From Candidatus Falkowbacteria bacterium (lineage in GTDB: Bacteria; Patescibacteriota; Patescibacteriia; Patescibacteriales; UBA12465): a stretch of DNA of 64,000 bases. The notes under the pieces were generated by a model. It searched no databases and had not been told where the DNA came from. It saw only the letters and a program-made list of their open reading frames with translations. The stretch spans positions 20,245-84,244 of the forward strand of contig CP066698.1 of the NCBI GenBank assembly GCA_016432645.1. Direction: 5' to 3'. Shown piece by piece: positions 8,967 to 18,849 of this stretch; the first letter of the stretch is position 1; the number at the start of each line of letters is the position of its first letter. A program made the translations under genes and the position numbers.

Positions 8967-11498
8967 ATGCCCAAGCAGATTATCTCCTATGAAGGTAAAA
9001 ATCAGGAGCTAGAAACCGTTGATTTAATAAGCCGGCTGGCCGCCGCTAACGATAACGCCGCTTTATCTACGGAAAAATTACAGGCCGTGGCCGCTGAAGC
9101 CTGGCAAACTCTTTATGAAGATATGCCGGAACACGAAGTAGACAAGGCACTTATGCAGGCCGCCGCCCAGCATATTAAGGATGACCCGGATTATGATAAG
9201 TTAGCGGCCGCTTTATTTTTAAAATCAATTTATCGCGAAGTCCTGGGTCTTGATTCCAGTGCGCCCGATTTTTTGGAAGTTTATCGTAGCGGCCTGAAAA
9301 AAGAGTTGCGTTTGGGAATTGACAAAGGCTGGCTGTCGCCTAAGCTACAACGCTTTGATCTTGATAAGCTGGCTGCTATTTTAGACCCGTCTCGCGATGG
9401 ACTTTTTACTTACGCCGGTATTGAAACCCTATCCCGCCGTTATATGATGCGCGATGAAAAGCAGCGCTTAACCGAAGTGCCGCAGTATTTTTGGCTGCGT
9501 GTTTCTATGGGTTTAGCCTGGAACGAAGCGGAACCGGATATTATTGCCGCTGCTTTTTACGAGCGCATGTCTAAGCTTTATTATATTTCCGGCGGCTCTA
9601 CCAACGTTAATGCCGGCGCGCTCAAACCGCGTCTTAGCAATTGTTTTATTATGGAGATGGAAGATAACGTCGACCATATCGGTAAGACCGTTTCTGATGT
9701 TTTAAAATTATCCAAAGCAACCGGCGGCATCGGTTTAGCCGTGACCAAGCTGCGCGCCAGCGGTTCGCCGATTTCCACCAACAATACTTTTTCTTCCGGT
9801 CCCGTGCCCTTTTTACATATCATTGATTCCGCTATCCGGGCAATTTCCCGGGCCGGCAAGAAAATGGGCGCCCTCTGTTTCTATATGGAAAATTGGCATT
9901 ATGATTTTCAAGAATTTTTAGATTTAAAACAGAACGCCGGCGATGATTATCGCCGCACGCGGACGGCTAATACTGCCGTTTATTTATCTGATGAATTTAT
10001 GAAGCGGGTTAAAAACGATGAATATTGGTATTTGTTTGATCCGCAAGAAACACCGGATTTAATTGATTTATACGGCGAGGATTTTAGTGTCCGCTATCAA
10101 AAGTATTGCCATTTAGCCGAGCAGGGTGAAATGCGGGTCTTTAAGAAAGTTAAGGCGCAGGATCAATTCCGGCAGATTATTGTTTCTTTACAAGCTTCGG
10201 CGCATCCCTGGATAACTTTTAAAGATACAATTAATGTCCGCGCTTTAAATAATAATACCGGAACGATTTATGGCTCTAATCTTTGTACCGAGATTACTTT
10301 GCCAACCAATAAGGATAATGTCGCGGTCTGTAATTTAGCATCTATCAATTTGGTTAGACACTTGAAAGAGGAAAACGAAAAATTCAGTGTTGATTGGTTG
10401 GAGCTGGAGCGGAGCGTCCGTTTAGCCGTCCGTCAGCTGGATAATTTAGTGGATATTAATGAGCCGCCGATAATTGAAGCGCGTAATTTTGACAGCCACA
10501 ACCGCGCTGTGGGTTTGGGCGTGATGGGGCTGGCGGATATGTTTGAAAAATTTGATATCGCTTATGACTCTCAAGAAGCCTATGAACTGAGCGACGCCGT
10601 TATGGAGTTTATCAGTTATCAAGCGATTGATGCCAGCGCTAATTTAGCGCAAGAGCGCGGCGCTTATGACAATTTCTACGGTTCCATGTGGTCTAAGGGT
10701 TATGTACCGCTTGATACTGTTAAAGTTTTAGAGCATGGTCGTGATAATCTGGAAAGTTCGGAAATTAATACTTCTTTTCGTTTGGATTGGGATAAATTGC
10801 GTCTCAAGGTAAAGCAGGGAATGCGTAATTCAACTTTAATGGCGGTTGCTCCAACAGCGAACATTGGTTTGGTAGCGGGAACTTCAACCGGGATTGATCC
10901 TCGTTTTGCCCAGATTTTTAGCCGCAACACCCTCGGCGGCAAACACTTAGAATTAAATGTTAATCTGGTTAATAAGCTGAAAAAATTAAATCTTTGGGAG
11001 CGCGCTAAAGATGATATTTTGGCTTCTTATGGCGATATCAGCGGCTTGGATTATATCCCGGAAAATATTAAACATATTTATAAAGATTCTTTCTCTGTTG
11101 ATCCGCAAGCTTTTGTGGAAGTTGCTTCGCGTTCTCAAAAATGGGTTGACCAAGCGATTAGCCGCAATATGTATTTGGCAACCAGAGAAATTGATGAGGT
11201 GATGAATGTTTATATTAAGGCTTGGGAGAAGGGCTTGAAGACCACTTATTATTTACACATGAAGCCTCGCCACAGCGCCGAACAATCAACGGTTGCCGTT
11301 AATAAATCAACCGCTATTGGCAAGGCTGGATTTGGAGCGGTGGCCAAAAAAGTTGGTTTTGGAGCCACGGTGGTAGCGACCAGTGCGGAATTAGAAAAAG
11401 TGGCGACCCCAGTTGAAGTTAAAATTGAAGAATCTGTTCAATTTAAGGCCTGTCCAACTGATCCTCAGGAGCGCGCTCAGTGCGATAGCTGCCAATAA
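8967..11498 (+). CDS. nrdA: Ribonucleoside-diphosphate reductase class I alpha subunit
   Basis: 843 aa with the catalytic-site NLCTEI motif and a C-terminal Cys pair (CPTDPQERAQCDSC). It is followed immediately by an R2 subunit gene. Confidence 0.85.
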   Translation: MPKQIISYEGKNQELETVDLISRLAAANDNAALSTEKLQAVAAEAWQTLYEDMPEHEVDKALMQAAAQHIKDDPDYDKLAAALFLKSIYREVLGLDSSAPDFLEVYRSGLKKELRLGIDKGWLSPKLQRFDLDKLAAILDPSRDGLFTYAGIETLSRRYMMRDEKQRLTEVPQYFWLRVSMGLAWNEAEPDIIAAAFYERMSKLYYISGGSTNVNAGALKPRLSNCFIMEMEDNVDHIGKTVSDVLKLSKATGGIGLAVTKLRASGSPISTNNTFSSGPVPFLHIIDSAIRAISRAGKKMGALCFYMENWHYDFQEFLDLKQNAGDDYRRTRTANTAVYLSDEFMKRVKNDEYWYLFDPQETPDLIDLYGEDFSVRYQKYCHLAEQGEMRVFKKVKAQDQFRQIIVSLQASAHPWITFKDTINVRALNNNTGTIYGSNLCTEITLPTNKDNVAVCNLASINLVRHLKEENEKFSVDWLELERSVRLAVRQLDNLVDINEPPIIEARNFDSHNRAVGLGVMGLADMFEKFDIAYDSQEAYELSDAVMEFISYQAIDASANLAQERGAYDNFYGSMWSKGYVPLDTVKVLEHGRDNLESSEINTSFRLDWDKLRLKVKQGMRNSTLMAVAPTANIGLVAGTSTGIDPRFAQIFSRNTLGGKHLELNVNLVNKLKKLNLWERAKDDILASYGDISGLDYIPENIKHIYKDSFSVDPQAFVEVASRSQKWVDQAISRNMYLATREIDEVMNVYIKAWEKGLKTTYYLHMKPRHSAEQSTVAVNKSTAIGKAGFGAVAKKVGFGATVVATSAELEKVATPVEVKIEESVQFKACPTDPQERAQCDSCQ

Positions 11499-11519
11499 TT
11501 AAAATAGAAATATAAATAT

Positions 11520-12500
11520 ATGATACTTGGAAAACCATTAAATGAAGATATGAATCTGCGTCCCATAAAATATCAGTGGGCCTATGATTTATATAACCAA
11601 GCGGTCGCCAATACTTGGTTCCCGCACGAAATCGCGCTCGGTGAAGACTTGGATGATTGGCGCAAAATGGATGAAGATGAAAAGCAGGCCGTTAGTTTTT
11701 TAATGAGCTTTTTTAATCCCGGCGAGCTGATTGTAAATCGGACGCTGGCGCTTGGCGTCTATCCTTATTTAAAAGCGCCGGAAGCTCATTTATATCTGGC
11801 GAAGCAAATGTGGGAAGAGGCAAATCATTGCGTCGCCTTTGAATATGTTTTAGAAACTTTTCCGCTGAATAAAGAAAAGATTTTTGCCCAGCATTTGGAA
11901 ATTCCGTCTATTAAAGCGAAAGAAGATTTTATTGCCAAGTTTTTAAATCGCATGAGCGACACCAGTCTAGATATTGAAAGTTTAGAGGGGAAACAAGAAT
12001 TCGTCCGCAACTTAGTCGCTTATAATATCGTGATGGAAGGCACTTGGTTTTATTCCGGCTTTATGGTTGCCCTTTCTTTCCGCCAAAAGCAGAAGTTGAA
12101 GAATTTTGGTTCGATGATTGACTGGGTCGTGCGCGATGAAAGTTTGCATCTTAAATTCGGCATTAATTTGATTTTAACGATCTTGGAAGAAAATCCGGAA
12201 ATCGCAACGGCCGAGTTTGCCGAAGAAATTAAAAATATTGTTATTGACGGTGTTAATTTGGAAACCGCCTATAATCGTGATTTGTTCCCGCGCGGAATTT
12301 TAGGTATCAACGCTGATTATGTTAACCAGTATGTAGAGTATGTGGCTGACAGGCGTTTGGAAGAATTAGGCTTTGAGCCGCATTTTAATACGGTTAATCC
12401 GGCGCAGTGGATGGCGACCGAGACAGATACCCTGGAACTCGTCAACTTCTTTGAGGCTCAAAATACTAAATACGAGGTTGATAACCGGGCGCATAAGTAA
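11520..12500 (+). CDS. nrdB: Ribonucleoside-diphosphate reductase class I beta subunit (ferritin-like R2)
   Basis: 326 aa with the di-iron ligand motifs EEANHCVAFEYV and RDESLHLKF, and a conserved Tyr radical region (MEGTWFYSGF). Confidence 0.85.
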   Translation: MILGKPLNEDMNLRPIKYQWAYDLYNQAVANTWFPHEIALGEDLDDWRKMDEDEKQAVSFLMSFFNPGELIVNRTLALGVYPYLKAPEAHLYLAKQMWEEANHCVAFEYVLETFPLNKEKIFAQHLEIPSIKAKEDFIAKFLNRMSDTSLDIESLEGKQEFVRNLVAYNIVMEGTWFYSGFMVALSFRQKQKLKNFGSMIDWVVRDESLHLKFGINLILTILEENPEIATAEFAEEIKNIVIDGVNLETAYNRDLFPRGILGINADYVNQYVEYVADRRLEELGFEPHFNTVNPAQWMATETDTLELVNFFEAQNTKYEVDNRAHK

Positions 12501-12520
12501 TTATTAAATTTTAGATAAAA

Positions 12521-12549
12521 AGGCCGAGTTTTTACACTCGGTTTTTTTG
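12521..12549 (+). terminator. Rho-independent terminator after nrdB
   Basis: CCGAGT (12524-12529) pairs with ACTCGG (12536-12541), followed by TTTTTTTG. Confidence 0.7.
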
Positions 12550-12550
12550 T

Positions 12551-12579
12551 TTGACAAAAATTGAAATATATTTTATAGT
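12551..12579 (+). promoter_or_regulatory. Near-consensus sigma70 promoter for the orphan membrane protein gene
   Basis: TTGACA (12551-12556), a 17-nt spacer, then TATAGT (12574-12579), about 45 nt upstream of ATG 12627. Confidence 0.5.
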
Positions 12580-12626
12580 TAGCGGTTAGATTGAACATTA
12601 AAAATTAATCAAAAAATAAATTAATC

Positions 12627-14240
12627 ATGAAAAAAGATGACAGTATTGTTTTGTCTAAGCCTGAAATCAGGCCGATTTTGAATCCTCAGGATTCAGTGAA
12701 AGTCGTTTTAAACGGCGGCGTCTATCAGCTTGATGATGCAACTATTCCTTTTCGGATGGGTTTTAGTCAGAAGATTGCCGAAAAGAAACCAACCCATGTC
12801 ATGGTTATAGATATAACCGATGATGCCTTCTATCCAAACGGTAATCGTAAGAATTCCGACTCTGTATCTGAGAGAAGTTTATTCACTCTTGAGCCAATAA
12901 ATTATCTTCAGTTAAAAAAATCGGGCGAACATCACTTGATTTTCCTACTTTTTAACGAATTTCCAAAGTATCAGTATGAGCAATTATTATCAAAGAGAAT
13001 CGGCTACGATCATGCTATCGGTTTCTCGCAGATGGAGAATAATAAGGTTCTATTTTATCAAGTAGGATACTGTGAGGTTATAATTAACGTTCCGAAAGAA
13101 CTTTTTGCCAAGAAACCGGAAACCAAATGGTCAAAAGCCGTTTGGAATTGGGTTAATTCCTGGCACAAACTTACGCCGGTAGACGAATGTGAATACCGGA
13201 AACGCAAGATTTTTGCTTTTACCGGTAAGCCTATTATTTGGTTTTTGGGATTTTTGGCCCGTTTGGTGATCGTCTCCATAGTAACGCTTTTACAGTTTAT
13301 TGTGAGAGTTATTTGCCTTATTTTCGGCTATCAGCCGGTTAAATTTTTCCCGCATTTTAAAGAAGCGTGGATAGATTTTCTTTGTCGTTATTCGCAATCG
13401 TCCTTAAAGATGGATCGAATATTTGATGTTGCTGATTATTGGTTCGGAACAACGGTGTCCTTGAAAAACTTTGAAGTCGCTAATGAAGATGAAGAAGATT
13501 TTCATGAATACAAAGAGCATCACTTTTTCGGTTGGAAATTCCATTTGCCAATTACAATTTTTGGCTTTGTATTCTATGTTGGAGGAATATCTATGTATTT
13601 AGTTTTATTAGCTTCGATGTTCTCCTTTGATGGTGTTAGCTTTATCGGTAGTATTGGCGCTCTGGTTTTTACTCTCTTTATTTCTGTTTTAGCTTCTTCG
13701 CTTTTAGCCTTTAATACTTTGCCGACTTTATATGGCAATCAAAATTGGAAAAGAAAATGGGATAGGTTTGAGCTGGATTATAATAACCGGCGTCCTAAAA
13801 TTTTTAGAAATAGTATTATTGCGTCTGGCGGCTTAGCAGTACTAGTTTTTCTTATTTCTGCCTTGGCTCGTTTTATGATGAGTCGTCCGGCTCAAGAAGC
13901 TCCAAGCGAGCCTTCATCTACGGATTTGAGGTTTGTTCTCATCATTGCCGGTTTTATTCTTTTGTATTTTTTATTTTTGTTTATTGCCCGTCTGGTTTCA
14001 CCTTTTTTTAAGAAGGTAGGTAAAAAGGCAAAAACAAAAGTTACCGCTATTGTTAGTGAATCAAAAAAAACCAAAGAAATCAAAAGAGTTGAATGGTTAA
14101 AGAAAAGCTTTAATCTTGAAACAATGCCTGAAAAGGTTGATGTCGCCAAGGCTCCCGAGCCTTCGGTTTTTGTCCATCGTTTTACGATTAAGTTCTGGCA
14201 GGCTAAAGCTAAAGTTTGCCGCCCCTATGCTAAAAATTAA
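12627..14240 (+). CDS. Hypothetical polytopic membrane protein (orphan)
   Basis: 537 aa: a ~190-aa hydrophilic N-terminal domain, about 6 predicted TM helices, and a Lys-rich C-terminal tail. I recognise no motif. It has its own promoter and terminator. Confidence 0.55.
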   Translation: MKKDDSIVLSKPEIRPILNPQDSVKVVLNGGVYQLDDATIPFRMGFSQKIAEKKPTHVMVIDITDDAFYPNGNRKNSDSVSERSLFTLEPINYLQLKKSGEHHLIFLLFNEFPKYQYEQLLSKRIGYDHAIGFSQMENNKVLFYQVGYCEVIINVPKELFAKKPETKWSKAVWNWVNSWHKLTPVDECEYRKRKIFAFTGKPIIWFLGFLARLVIVSIVTLLQFIVRVICLIFGYQPVKFFPHFKEAWIDFLCRYSQSSLKMDRIFDVADYWFGTTVSLKNFEVANEDEEDFHEYKEHHFFGWKFHLPITIFGFVFYVGGISMYLVLLASMFSFDGVSFIGSIGALVFTLFISVLASSLLAFNTLPTLYGNQNWKRKWDRFELDYNNRRPKIFRNSIIASGGLAVLVFLISALARFMMSRPAQEAPSEPSSTDLRFVLIIAGFILLYFLFLFIARLVSPFFKKVGKKAKTKVTAIVSESKKTKEIKRVEWLKKSFNLETMPEKVDVAKAPEPSVFVHRFTIKFWQAKAKVCRPYAKN

Positions 14241-14260
14241 AATTAGCATCAGATATGTTC

Positions 14261-14293
14261 GCCGCCGGTCAATAGATCGGCGGTTTTTTTATT
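14261..14293 (+). terminator. Rho-independent terminator after the orphan membrane gene
   Basis: CCGCCG (14262-14267) pairs with CGGCGG (14278-14283) around a 10-nt loop, followed by TTTTTTTATT. Confidence 0.7.
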
Positions 14294-14416
14294 ATCCGAT
14301 TTAATGTCCAAAAACATCCATTTTGTCAATATTTATTTTATTAAATATCCGTATTATACTGGAATTGAATAGAAAGCCGTTTAGACGGCAATTTTTTGGT
14401 TATTAATAGAAAAATT

Positions 14417-17152
14417 ATGAGTATTTTTAGCAAGTTGTTTCCTGATGCCAATCAGAAAGTAATTGACAGCCTGAAACCAACAGTCGCCAAGATAAATAGT
14501 TTAGAAAAAGAGTATCAAGCTTTGAGCCCGGAAGATTTAAAATCTAAGACGGCTGATTTTAAAATGCGCTTAGAAAAGGGTTCAACTTTAGACGATGTTT
14601 TGCCGGAAGCTTTTGCAGCCGTTCGAGAAGCGTCGGTGAGAATTTTGGGGCAAAGACATTACGATGTTCAGCTTATTGGTGGCATCGTGCTTCATCGTGG
14701 CCAAATAGCGGAAATGCGTACCGGCGAAGGCAAAACTTTAGTCGCGACTTTGCCGCTTTATTTAAATGCCCTTGATGGCCAAGGGGTTCATTTAATTACT
14801 GTTAATGATTACTTAGCGCGCGTCGGCGCTGGTTGGATGGCGCCAGTTTATTATGCTCTAGGACTAACAACAAGTGTTATCGTTCATGATAACGCTTATG
14901 TTTATGATCCGGAATATATTGATGAGAGCCAATTTGATGAGCGCTTGCAGCATTTCCGTCGCGTACCGCGCCGCGATGCTTATTATTGCGACATAACTTA
15001 TGGAACCAATAACGAGTTTGGTTTTGATTATTTGCGCGACAATATGGTTTATACGCTGGCACAAACAGTACAAAGACCCCTTCATTATGCCATTGTTGAT
15101 GAAATTGATTCTATTTTAATTGATGAGGCGCGCACCCCTTTAATTATTTCCGCACCAGCTGAAGAGTCGGGCGAAAAATATGCCCGCTTTGCACAAATAG
15201 TTGAACATCTTGAAGAAAATGATGATTATAATGTTGATGAAAAAATGCGTGCCGCGACTTTAACTGAAGGCGGGATTGCAAAAGTAGAAAAAATCTTAGG
15301 TTTGGGAAATATTTATGTCGAAGGCGGCGTGAAGGAGGTTCATCACTTGGAGCAGGCCTTAAAGGCGCGCGTCTTATTCAAACGCGATAAAGATTATGTG
15401 GTTAAAGACGGCGAAATAGTTATCGTTGATGAATTCACCGGCCGCATGATGCCTGGCCGCCGTTATAGCGAGGGTTTACATCAAGCAATTGAAGCCAAGG
15501 AGGGTGTTAAGGTTCAAAAAGAATCTCAGACCATGGCCACGATTACTTTCCAAAACTTATTTAGAATGTATCACAAGTTGTCTGGTATGACCGGAACCGC
15601 GGCCACCGAAGCGGAAGAATTCCATAAAATTTATAATTTAGAAACGATTGTTATTCCAACTAACCGCCCGAATGTCCGAAAAGACATGAATGATTTAATT
15701 TATCGCACTGAAGAAGATAAGTTCAAGGCGGTTATCCGCGATGTTAAAGAACGCAGTGAAAAGGGCCAGCCGGTTTTAATTGGTACGATTTCCATTGAGA
15801 AGAACGAAATCCTAACGGAAATGATGGAACGTGAAGGACTAAGGCCGCAAATGTTAAATGCTAAAAACCATCAACGGGAAGCGGAAATTATCGCTCAGGC
15901 CGGACGCCGGGGAGCGATTACTCTGGCGACTAATATGGCCGGCCGCGGTGTTGATATTATTTTAGGAGGCAATCCTCCAGAGAAATCTGAGCAAGAGGCG
16001 GTTCAAGCCGCAGGAGGATTACATGTCATTGGCACGGAACGTCATGAATCGCGTCGTATTGATAACCAGTTGCGCGGCCGCGCCGGCCGCCAAGGCGATC
16101 CCGGTTCTTCACAGTTTTATGTTTCTACCGATGACGATTTGATGCGGATTTTCGGCGGCGACCGGATGAAGAATTTGATGAAGACTTTGAATGTCCCGGC
16201 CGATATGCCGATTGAAAATAAGATGATTTCCAAATCAATTGAAAGCGCCCAGAAAAAAGTTGAAGGCAATAATTTTGATATCCGCAAACATTTAGTTGAA
16301 TACGATGATGTTATTAATAAGCACCGGACTGCGATTTATCGTCGTCGCCGCGAAATAATTGATTTAAGTGAAGGAATTATTAAGTCGGAAGAAGGCGCGC
16401 CTAAAACTTTAGCGGAGATTGTTATTCCGATGGTTAAGGATGAAGTTAAAGGAGTTGTTGATTTTCATACTGCCGCTGAACAGGCTGCCGCTTGGAATCT
16501 CAAAGAAATTTTTGAAACCGTTAAAACTATTATGTCGGTTTCTGAAGAAGTTAAGGAAAAATTAAATTCTTTAGTTGCTGCCGGTGGGCGCCCAGAAATA
16601 ATCAGGGAAAATATAATTTCTTATTTAGAAACCGAAATTGAAAATCGCTATGCTCTTATGTCTGATAAGTTTTCAGCGGCGGGCGTTGATTTTAAAGAAA
16701 TAGAAAAGGGAATCCTTATTAGAACGATTGATAATTTTTGGGTTGAGCATTTGGAAACTGTTGACTACTTGCGCCGCGGCATCGGTTTGCGCGGCTATGG
16801 CCAGCGCGACCCGCTAGTGGAATATAAAAAGGAAGCTTATTTGATGTATCAAGAATTAAATAATTTAATTAATCGGGATGTTGCTTATTCAATTTTCAAG
16901 GCCGGAGAAGCTTTTGCGGCAGCCGCTGAACGAGCATTGGAAACTGAGGCGGTGAAAATGTTTGCTAATCAACCAGCCGCTAAATTGGAATTCACCGGTG
17001 CCCAAAAAGAAATGCATAAACAGGCGGAAGCGCGTAATACCGCCGACTTAGTTCATGAAAAGACTAAGGATGAAAGTGGCGAGAAGGTTGGCCGCAACGA
17101 TCCTTGTCCTTGCGGCAGCGGTTTGAAGTATAAAAAGTGTCATGGGAAATAA
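14417..17152 (+). CDS. secA: Preprotein translocase ATPase SecA
   Basis: The N-terminus MSIFSKLF...EMRTGEGKTLVATLPLYLNAL aligns with E. coli SecA. DEAD-like motor domains are present, and the C-terminal zinc-binding motif is CPCGSGLKYKKCHG. Start taken at ATG 14417 rather than the TTG at 14396 used by the ORF track. Confidence 0.9.
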   Translation: MSIFSKLFPDANQKVIDSLKPTVAKINSLEKEYQALSPEDLKSKTADFKMRLEKGSTLDDVLPEAFAAVREASVRILGQRHYDVQLIGGIVLHRGQIAEMRTGEGKTLVATLPLYLNALDGQGVHLITVNDYLARVGAGWMAPVYYALGLTTSVIVHDNAYVYDPEYIDESQFDERLQHFRRVPRRDAYYCDITYGTNNEFGFDYLRDNMVYTLAQTVQRPLHYAIVDEIDSILIDEARTPLIISAPAEESGEKYARFAQIVEHLEENDDYNVDEKMRAATLTEGGIAKVEKILGLGNIYVEGGVKEVHHLEQALKARVLFKRDKDYVVKDGEIVIVDEFTGRMMPGRRYSEGLHQAIEAKEGVKVQKESQTMATITFQNLFRMYHKLSGMTGTAATEAEEFHKIYNLETIVIPTNRPNVRKDMNDLIYRTEEDKFKAVIRDVKERSEKGQPVLIGTISIEKNEILTEMMEREGLRPQMLNAKNHQREAEIIAQAGRRGAITLATNMAGRGVDIILGGNPPEKSEQEAVQAAGGLHVIGTERHESRRIDNQLRGRAGRQGDPGSSQFYVSTDDDLMRIFGGDRMKNLMKTLNVPADMPIENKMISKSIESAQKKVEGNNFDIRKHLVEYDDVINKHRTAIYRRRREIIDLSEGIIKSEEGAPKTLAEIVIPMVKDEVKGVVDFHTAAEQAAAWNLKEIFETVKTIMSVSEEVKEKLNSLVAAGGRPEIIRENIISYLETEIENRYALMSDKFSAAGVDFKEIEKGILIRTIDNFWVEHLETVDYLRRGIGLRGYGQRDPLVEYKKEAYLMYQELNNLINRDVAYSIFKAGEAFAAAAERALETEAVKMFANQPAAKLEFTGAQKEMHKQAEARNTADLVHEKTKDESGEKVGRNDPCPCGSGLKYKKCHGK

Positions 17153-17157
17153 ATTTT

Positions 17158-17481
17158 ATGAAAACGCTAAAGTTTAGAAAAAATTTAGCAGAGGAAATAT
17201 TGGCCGGCCGGAAGACGGCAACTTGGCGTTTGTTTGATGATAAAGATTTGCAAATTGGCGATCAGGTTGAATTATTAGTTTGGGAAACTAAAGAAAAATT
17301 TGCTACCGCCGAGATTATCGCGCTTAAAGAAAAGAAATTACAAGACATTAAAGAGGAGGATTTTATTGGTCATGAAAAATTCGCGAGCCGCGAAGATATG
17401 CTTGAAAACTATCAATCTTTTTATGGCGATAAAGTAAATTGGGAGACGCCTATTAAAATGTTAGATTTTAAAATAATTTAG
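17158..17481 (+). CDS. ASCH-domain protein, YqfB-like (candidate modified-nucleoside amidohydrolase)
   Basis: 107 aa from ATG 17158. The motif EEILAGRKTATWRL matches the YqfB/ASCH signature (E. coli YqfB ...DDILAGRKTITIRD...). Confidence 0.65.
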   Translation: MKTLKFRKNLAEEILAGRKTATWRLFDDKDLQIGDQVELLVWETKEKFATAEIIALKEKKLQDIKEEDFIGHEKFASREDMLENYQSFYGDKVNWETPIKMLDFKII

Positions 17482-17486
17482 AAAAT

Positions 17487-18227
17487 ATGAGCTCTGAAAA
17501 GATGCCAAATTTTTCAGCTAGTCCGGAGAAAAAGAAAGAACTCGGTGCTTTGCAATATATTAATCTGCAAATGAAAGAAGCAATTTCTGAGGAAGACTAT
17601 GAACAAGCAGTCTGTCTGCGGGATATCCAAGAAAAATTAAGCAAAAATAATCAGCCGCTACCTTGTATTCGTCAGGAAGATATTCTGGAAGATGAAAAGG
17701 AAAAATCAGAGTCAGAGGACGAGGAGGATAGTCCGGCTATGAGAGCTTGGCAGGGAATTGAATCAAAGCAAATGGCTGATTTGTATGTTGGCAAAGATAT
17801 TGTTAAGTCATCTTCTTTTTCTCATTATTTAAAAGGCAATGATAAATATTTGGGCGGGTTTGCCAGGGAACTTTGGGATGATGTCAGACATTACAAGCAT
17901 CTTGAAGATTTAGACGAGAGAACTGATTATTTATCTTCTCTTCACAATTTATACAGCGAAGCGCAAGAGCTAAGAAATATTGCGAAAGCAAAGATTGATA
18001 ATATTTTTCAAATGTATAATAAGCGCGAACCGATTTTAAAAGCTGACACTGAAAGTATTCCGAAATATTTTCCGGGTCTGCCAAAAACGCAGGATATATT
18101 GCGTAAGAAAATGGAAGCGATGCCGGATTTTATCAGTGAACCGCTCGCTTATTGGAATGGTGTGTATGATAATTCTAGTCAAATCGCCGATGATTTAGAG
18201 CTGGCGATTAAAGAAATGACCGAATAA
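17487..18227 (+). CDS. Uncharacterised protein with N-terminal UVR-type motif (paralog A)
   Basis: 246 aa. The motif LQYINLQMKEAISEEDYEQAVCLRDIQEKL matches the UvrB/UvrC UVR domain pattern, then an acidic linker. The RAWQGIESKQ and C-terminal YWNGVYDNSSQIADDLELAIKE motifs are shared with the 18850 paralog. Confidence 0.6.
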   Translation: MSSEKMPNFSASPEKKKELGALQYINLQMKEAISEEDYEQAVCLRDIQEKLSKNNQPLPCIRQEDILEDEKEKSESEDEEDSPAMRAWQGIESKQMADLYVGKDIVKSSSFSHYLKGNDKYLGGFARELWDDVRHYKHLEDLDERTDYLSSLHNLYSEAQELRNIAKAKIDNIFQMYNKREPILKADTESIPKYFPGLPKTQDILRKKMEAMPDFISEPLAYWNGVYDNSSQIADDLELAIKEMTE

Positions 18228-18231
18228 ATTT

Positions 18232-18819
18232 ATGAATAACGATATTAATTTTTTATTTGAATTAGGCACAATGCGCAATGTGCCGCGCGCTTGGCGCCAG
18301 CATTTTGGTTTAGATTGCGCGAGCGTCCATGAGCACACTTATCGCGTTGTTTGGCTGGCTTTAATGTTAGCCCGGATGGAAAAGAATGTTGATGAAAATA
18401 AAATTATTAAAATGGCTCTAGTCCATGATATTTCTGAAATTAGAACTTCTGATTTAGGTTATATTCAAAAAGTTTATACTAAAGCGAACGATGACCAGGC
18501 GGCTCATGATTCTTTGGCGGAGACTATTTTTGCTGATTTTTATAGTGAGGTGTTTAAAGAATATGAAGAACGAAATTCTTTGGAAGCCAAAATTGTCAAA
18601 GATGCTGATAATTTGGATATTGATTTAGAACTGAAAGAGTTAGAAGAACGTGGTTCAAAACTACCAGCCAAATTACAAGATTTTCGCAAATTAGTCAGAA
18701 ATGAAAAATTATATACCGCATCCGCCAAAAAAGTTTGGGATGAAATCCAGGCAACCGACGTTTCCGATTGGCATCTGAAGGCTAATAAATGGGTGAAGAT
18801 GCCGGAAACCGGGAGATAA
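18232..18819 (+). CDS. HD-domain phosphohydrolase, YfbR-like 5'-deoxynucleotidase
   Basis: 195 aa with the H...HD...E metal-binding pattern (SVHEHTYRV...LVHDISEIRTSDL...DADNLD), which aligns with E. coli YfbR. Confidence 0.75.
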   Translation: MNNDINFLFELGTMRNVPRAWRQHFGLDCASVHEHTYRVVWLALMLARMEKNVDENKIIKMALVHDISEIRTSDLGYIQKVYTKANDDQAAHDSLAETIFADFYSEVFKEYEERNSLEAKIVKDADNLDIDLELKELEERGSKLPAKLQDFRKLVRNEKLYTASAKKVWDEIQATDVSDWHLKANKWVKMPETGR

Positions 18820-18849
18820 TTTTTATTAATTCGTATTAATTTTAAATGT

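Noticed and set aside
14228-14248. Palindrome TGCTAAAAATTAAAATTAGCA overlapping the stop of the orphan membrane gene
   Set aside because: AT-rich with a weak stem. The strong GC hairpin 15 nt downstream is the more credible terminator.
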